Below, piece by piece: positions 57,920 to 64,000 of a stretch of 64,000 nucleotides of DNA (positions within the stretch are counted from its first letter, which is position 1; every line of letters begins with the position of its first letter). The position numbers and the translations under genes are program-made. Source of the DNA: Paraphysomonas bandaiensis. Taxonomy: Eukaryota; Protista; Chrysophyceae. The notes beneath the pieces are model-generated. The model was not told where the DNA came from and did no database searches. It saw only the letters and a program-made list of their open reading frames with translations. The stretch lies in the NCBI GenBank assembly GCA_965644295.1, contig CBFFRP010000115.1:1-64000 (forward strand), written 5' to 3'.

Positions 57920-60455
57920 ATGTCTAACCGTTACACCGCCCTTATGGAGGCCAGTTCCGAGTCGGAATCTGCAAGTGACGTAAGTGACGTTGATACCGAG
58001 CCTCAGACAAAGAAATCGCGTAGACATGAACCACCGGAAAGAGAAAACTCCTCACAGCAACAAGGAGGCATGTTTGTCCAAAGATTCGACCCGGTAACGG
58101 GAGTTGATCCCGGACACTCAGACCTCCTAGAGACTCACTTCTCAGACTCGGATGTAGAGGCCTGCATCAAGGTGCTAACTAGTGTGGGTAAGTTGAACGG
58201 TGCAAGTGATATACATATTTTATGGTTTTGTAATGGTACCGGGCTTAAATGTAGGCAACAACATCCACCTATTGAAGCTGCCTAAGCTTAAACCTCTCCG
58301 TGCTGCCTTGCACCCTCTAATCGTGGAACAAATGAAGAACTACGGGCGGGATTCATCTGTTGATACCTCTAAAGAGGGACGGCGCCGCAAACGGGGAGGA
58401 AAGCAAGTATCTAGTATGAGTGATATCATCAAGATGCAGAAGGAGAAGCTGGCACAAATGGAAAAGGACTACATCAACCAGGTGACATGCATCATTTGTA
58501 CTCTCCGTATGAAACGCATTCTCATTCTGCGACTGTGTAGACTCAGTTAAAGGCACTGCGACTACAGCAGCTCGAGAAGCTTAATGAGGAGGGCGGCGAG
58601 GTTCCCAGAGTTCCAGACGGAGTAGCTCTGCTGGCAGATGGACAAGGGTGTGTAGGAGGACCTCAGCTCATCAAAGGACCATCCGCGCCCCTTTGTATTA
58701 CCAACGGTACTGAACCCTTGGGTACCTCCACTTCATCAGATTGCAAGAGTCGTGCCCCCCCCCTGCTGAACCCAATTTCCTGTTATATATGTCGCAAGCC
58801 CTACACAGAGCTGCACTTCTTCTATCACCAGCTCTGCCCTGATTGTGCAGCATTTAACTATTCCAAGCGGGAAGAGAAAGCTGATCTTTCTGGCATGGTC
58901 TGCCTCGTCACAGGGGCTCGTACTAAGATAGGCTACAGGTGCTGGCCATTTGGCGTAGAACTTGCTACTGTGTAATGCTATCGCTCAGGTCAGCCTTGAA
59001 GCTCCTACGATGCGGTGCCACAGTTATCGGCACAACCAGATTTCCTGCCAATGCCGCCGCTCGATATGCGGCAGAACACGATAGTTCCAAGTGGATACAC
59101 AGACTTCAGGTACACTGATCTCAAGTGTAGTTGTAGATGTTTGAGAAGGATACAGATATACGGCCTAGATTTTCGTGATCTCAATAAGCTGGAAGCCTTT
59201 TGTGTGCACTTGGAGCAGACCTACGATCGTCTTGATGCCATAGTGAACAATGCCTGTCAAACTATACGGCGACCACCAGCAGTAAGTGTTATTGTATTGT
59301 CCGTGCTTCTTTATGTAGGTCTCTGTTTTTATGATTTTTTTTATTAGTACTACGCCCATCTCATTGAGAACGAGGAGTCTTGTGACTACGCAGCTGCGCT
59401 AAAGACTGCCCCCTCGAGACTTCAGATCGAGGATGGTGATGTTGCTAAAACAATTGAAGAAGAGGGTAGTACAAATGATAAGTCGAAAATAGCCGCTGTT
59501 TTGCATCAGCAGGCTAAGTTCATTGGTGTCAGTGGCCAGGGCGGCACAGGTGAGGTTGAAGCGGTTACCACTACAGAGGAGTCCTCCAAACCTGGGTACG
59601 TGCATAATAGTCCTGCTCTTAATCACACCGTGTCGGCACTTTCTTCGTCGAGCATGACACAATTGCAACTGGCACCTGGAGACGATGTGCACGACCCGAC
59701 TCTTTTCCCACGAGGTCGCACAGATGTAAATGGCCAACAGGTATACTTCTTTTTGAGTTTCCTTGCCCAACATTTTAACTTCTATAAATTATTTAAAGGT
59801 GGATTTACGGCGCCAGAACAGTTGGACAATGAAGTTGCATGAAGTGTCCACAGCGGAGCTAGCAGAGGTCTTTGCAATCAACGCGATGGCACCCACCATA
59901 ATCAATAGTAGACTGAAACGGTAACTCTACCTGTAATGTACATATAGGTATATCGTACCTAATATGTGCCTTCAGATTAATGCAGCGAGCTGTAGCCGGT
60001 GATGAAGATAACACAAGGTGGAGATTTATAGTAAATGTATCTGCGATGGAGGGGAAGTTTTATCGGTTCGTATTGTTAGTAAATTTAGTGATTGCACTTA
60101 CTGCTATTTCTATAGATACAAGAGTGAAAATCATCCTCATACTAATATGGCGAAGGCTGCCTTAAATATGATGACGCGCACCAGCGCTCAAGATTACGTT
60201 AAAAGCAACATATATATGACAGCGGTAGACACCGGTTGGATCAACGACGAGAAACCAATAGATCGCGCGATGGCTCATGAGAAGCAACACAATTTCCAGA
60301 CTCCTCTGGATGAGCTAGATGCGGCATCTCGGGTGCTGGACCCCATCATCTCACCGATAAAGGCACTGCAAGAGACATCAGGCGAAGCAACTGTTAGTGA
60401 TATTCAACCTCCGTGGGGATATTTTCTGAAGGATTACATGAAATGCGAATGGTAG
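57920..60455 (+). CDS. Atypical short-chain dehydrogenase/reductase with a CxxC...CxxC zinc ribbon, multi-exon
   Basis: CYICRKPY...HQLCPDC, LVTGARTKIG, LDAIVNNACQT, IVNVSAMEG, HPHTNMAKAALNMMTRTSA and AVDTGW, with GT-AG introns. Confidence 0.9.
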
Positions 60456-61012
60456 TTTTACGAACAAGTCTTCGTTTTCGAAACTTTAAAGCTATATCTA
60501 ATACATTTAGTTTCCAGCTGTATTGAGCTTTCGTTGTTGTTTCTACCTCTTTAGCTTGACGAACTATCACCACTGCTGTAGCTAATTGAAATATTTTATC
60601 CGTCCTCCACTCAATATTTATCATACTACTTTCCTCCGAGTATTCCTGACGTGGGAATCATAACACAGAATTTTTGCATTTTGCTTCTGATTGAATAGAC
60701 ATGTATTTATGTATATATTTTCACTGAATGATACGGAGCAAGCAAGATAGTGAATAGTATAGTATTGCTTGTTAGTCTGAGTTTCGTAGTATACTATGCA
60801 TATTGCAGTAAGAATGTAAGAATTATAGACGCTGAACATTACATATTGTAAATATTACAATGTATTGTGGAGTTGTAGTTATTTACAAGCGGCCAAAGAA
60901 TGATTATGAAATATGCAATAAACGATGTAAAAATGATACTTAGTTCTTTAATAGGAAGCTCACTACGCTGCATGAACTGGCTCCTCTGCAAGCTCTTTCA
61001 CGTTTACCATCA

Positions 61013-61052
61013 TTATTTAACGCCTATTGCTAAATAATAAGACTTTTAATAT
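61013..61052 (+). mobile_element. 40-bp LINE 3'-end insertion with a 13-bp TSD
   Basis: ACGTTTACCATCA at 61000-61012 and 61053-61065 flanks TTTAACGCCTATTGCTAAATAATAAGAC. Confidence 0.85.
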
Positions 61053-61250
61053 ACGTTTACCATCACTATCAATCTGCTGTAATTTAGTGTTTATTTCATG
61101 CTTACATAATAAGCTATCGATGTTATTTATGTTCCTATCAATTTCCAATTTACTTAAAATGAACTAGAAGCACCTCCTGAGACTCTGGTGACGACAATCC
61201 TGTTAGGTACTCTGCTTATTCCACAGAATTAGTAAATTCGTGAGTTCAAG

Positions 61251-63761
61251 AAATCCATTAATCGGCAATTATTCACTATATATGTATTCATAAACTCATA
61301 GCGAGTTCATGGCACATGCTACTGGTTGTTGATATATGTAGCTTTGTTAAAGTTATGGTTAAGTGAAAACCACAAAGGAGAGTTGGTCTAATTCGAAGAC
61401 AGTGATATTATAATGGACTCCATGGTTATGACTGACACACAGAAAGTAGGAAGGTCAAACGAGCGCTTGTGCCGCTTAGATATTCTTCTTGAGCCATATA
61501 TAGGCTCTCCGTATAGCTTCATTACTCTTCCTTTCTCACTCTAATACTTTTATTAATTACTTATATATTATTAATATTCTGTGTGTGACTGTCATATAAC
61601 ACCAGAGGACTTTCAGGGTAATGTCATTGGTTTTTATATGGGGACACAGGGATGACAGAGTGTTAGTATGAGGGCAGATAACGTGGTTGCTGGTAAGCAA
61701 AAACACGCTTCTGTTACATCCTATGAGACTTAAAGTTATAATAAAATTAATATTTTTTGTTGTCTCTTACCCTAATACCAGAAATAGAATAGTTTCTATA
61801 ACATTTCTACTTAAATACTGTAAATACTCCTAAATTTCCCAAATATCGTAAAATTCCCACGTTTGCAAAATGTTTACTTATGAGGATATTTATATTGCTG
61901 AGCTGATCATAAGAGAGTCACATCAGAATAACTTCCCCCACTGATTTGAAGGTATTACTGATATGAGTGTAAAGCCATATGATTTGCAGGAACAGTAAAG
62001 TCATTTTACAGATGAAGTGGATGATGATATGAAAGTTTTGCCTGAGGCCTGATAAAGGTAGGAGAAACAATACTGCTCTGAACACGTCACGTGTATTCAA
62101 GTATGTTCCTAATTATAGTTAAGAAGCGGCTCTTAACATCTGTATGACTAGATGGCAACATAGATTGTTATGCTTCAATACAATGCCCACATCTATTAAC
62201 AGGACACTGTCTGGGAGAAAGTAAGTATAAATCTCGGGAAATATTATTCAACCTAGTCTAATTGGTTGAATTACCTAGTTACACTATTTTTTATTGAATA
62301 ATCTAGTCAGTGTAATAAATGATTCAACCTAGTCATTTTTAGTTATAAACCTAATCATAAAATGTACTCACATATAACTACGCATTTTACAGAACGATGA
62401 AGTCACACAGCAGGTAAAAAGTTAAACCAACGCAGCATAGATTAGGTCAAAGCAGAGTTAGAGTATAGAGAAAGATATATTTCATAGTAGCATAGACAGG
62501 ACTCCACCGCTCAAGTAGCAAAAACAGGAATAATCTCTTTTTCGTTCTCTGAACAGAATATCCATATATTCTTCAAGTTGAACCAAACGTCATGAAATCT
62601 TGCCGTTTGGGGGGTTATCAGTGTCACTTATACTTATATCTATTACAATGCGCAGGTATGACAACAACATGCCGCGACCTCACACACAAAACAACATACT
62701 CAAATGGTTGGTTACAAAACCAAAACGCATCTTGAAAGGATTAGCAATTCGTTTGATATATCGTAGCTGAATGATTCTGCCTGTCCAAGATACTTGCTTC
62801 CCACAATAGGAAATATTACTGGCTCGGATATCATCTAAACACACATCCCAACATCAATAAGGAGTAAGGAGAAGTATACAAGCATACAATATTATAAGTA
62901 ACTTGAAGGATTTTAGCTTATATCATGTTATAGTTATAGTGTATAATACTCATGGAGTCCCCCAGTCAGTTGTCAGAGTCTGCGGAAGAAGAAGGGTCGA
63001 TCAACGAGGTCGTTGACAGAACTCCAGATACATCGTCAGATCTTCCAAGTTCCTTATTGAAAAACGACCATTTTTATGCTCCCATAATTGAGTGGAAATT
63101 ATTATTTTTCGACTAGGTAAATACCCTAAACACCTATTCAACCTAGTCATTGTAAACTGGAAATATGAATTATTAAATGACTAGGTTTTTCACCTACTTG
63201 ACTAGAGGATTTTACACAAATTTTGGTGTGACTAGAGGTAGTTCAACCATTCTGACTACGTTGAATAATATTTTCCATAAGTCTCACACTCATATCAGTA
63301 ATACCTTCAAATCAGTGGGGGAACTTATTCTGATCACCTCAGCAATATAAGTATCCTCATGCACACTATCCCCATATAAAAACCAATGACATTACCCTGA
63401 AAGTCCTCTGGTGTTATATGACAGTCACACACAGAATATAAATAATATATAAGTAATTAATAAAGGTATTAGAGTGAGAAAGGAAGAGTAATGAAGCTAT
63501 ACGGAGAGCCTATATATGGCTCAAGAAGAATATCTAAGCGGCACAAGCGCTCGTTTGACCTTCCTACTTTCTGTGTGTCAGTCATAACCATGGAGTCCAT
63601 TATAATATCACTGTCTTCGAATTAGACCAACTCTCCTTTGTGGTTTTCACTTAACCATAACTTTAACAAAGCTACATATATCAACAACCAGTAGCATGTG
63701 CCATGAACTCGCTATGAGTTTATGAATAGATATAGTGATATAATTGCCGATTAATGAATTT
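61251..63761. repeat. Long inverted repeat / foldback structure
   Basis: 61251-61644 is a near-perfect reverse complement of 63369-63761. Pairing continues at 61879-61970 / 63284-63360. Confidence 0.92.
62237..63276. mobile_element. TIR element (MITE-like) nested inside the foldback
   Basis: Imperfect TIR GGAAATATTATTCAACCTAGTC / GACTACGTTGAATAATATTTTCC, with multiple subterminal ACCTAGTCA motifs in opposite orientations. Confidence 0.7.
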
Positions 63762-64000
63762 AAAGTGACATATTTTCAATGTGTTTGTGTTTTATACCCA
63801 CATGCGGGTAGTTCTGCAGTGGTACTGCCTCTATCATTCACATAAAAATATCGGGATTCTTAAGGCTTCATAGAAAGTTGTGATATCAATGTATCCCATT
63901 CACAGGGTGATACGCGCCTATGACATTACTTTTGTTGTATTTTGTGTTGTGTTGTGTTGTGTAATAGGTTAGTCAGCTGCACACGTGCTTCTTCACTGCG

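Overview
Eukaryotic nuclear DNA, AT-rich, with very short GT-AG introns (about 37-60 nt). The gene and transposon content points to a stramenopile, probably an ochrophyte or chrysophyte-like protist (inference). Host genes: EAF6, SmF, two DUF599 paralogues, an IQ/Sfi1-like coiled-coil protein, a large C2/Tudor-like multi-exon protein, a 2180-aa PSxx-repeat multi-pass surface protein, a short UVSSA-like gene, a coiled-coil protein and a zinc-ribbon atypical SDR. There are also two decayed ORF chains, one a dynamin-like GTPase. Intergenic DNA holds many nested mobile elements: hAT elements and MITEs with perfect 8-bp TSDs, a 5'-truncated RNase H-bearing LINE with a 12-bp TSD plus about 10 tiny copies of its 3' end, copia and LTR remnants, and long inverted repeats. 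The most unusual region is about 14.9-17.7 kb, between divergent SmF and DUF599 genes. It holds an intact spliced gene that resembles a Crypton tyrosine recombinase lacking its catalytic domain, next to an array of a 46-bp repeat separating 140-150-bp units, two of which contain a U1 snRNA-like 5' sequence. All family calls come from motif recognition by eye; no database searches were run.
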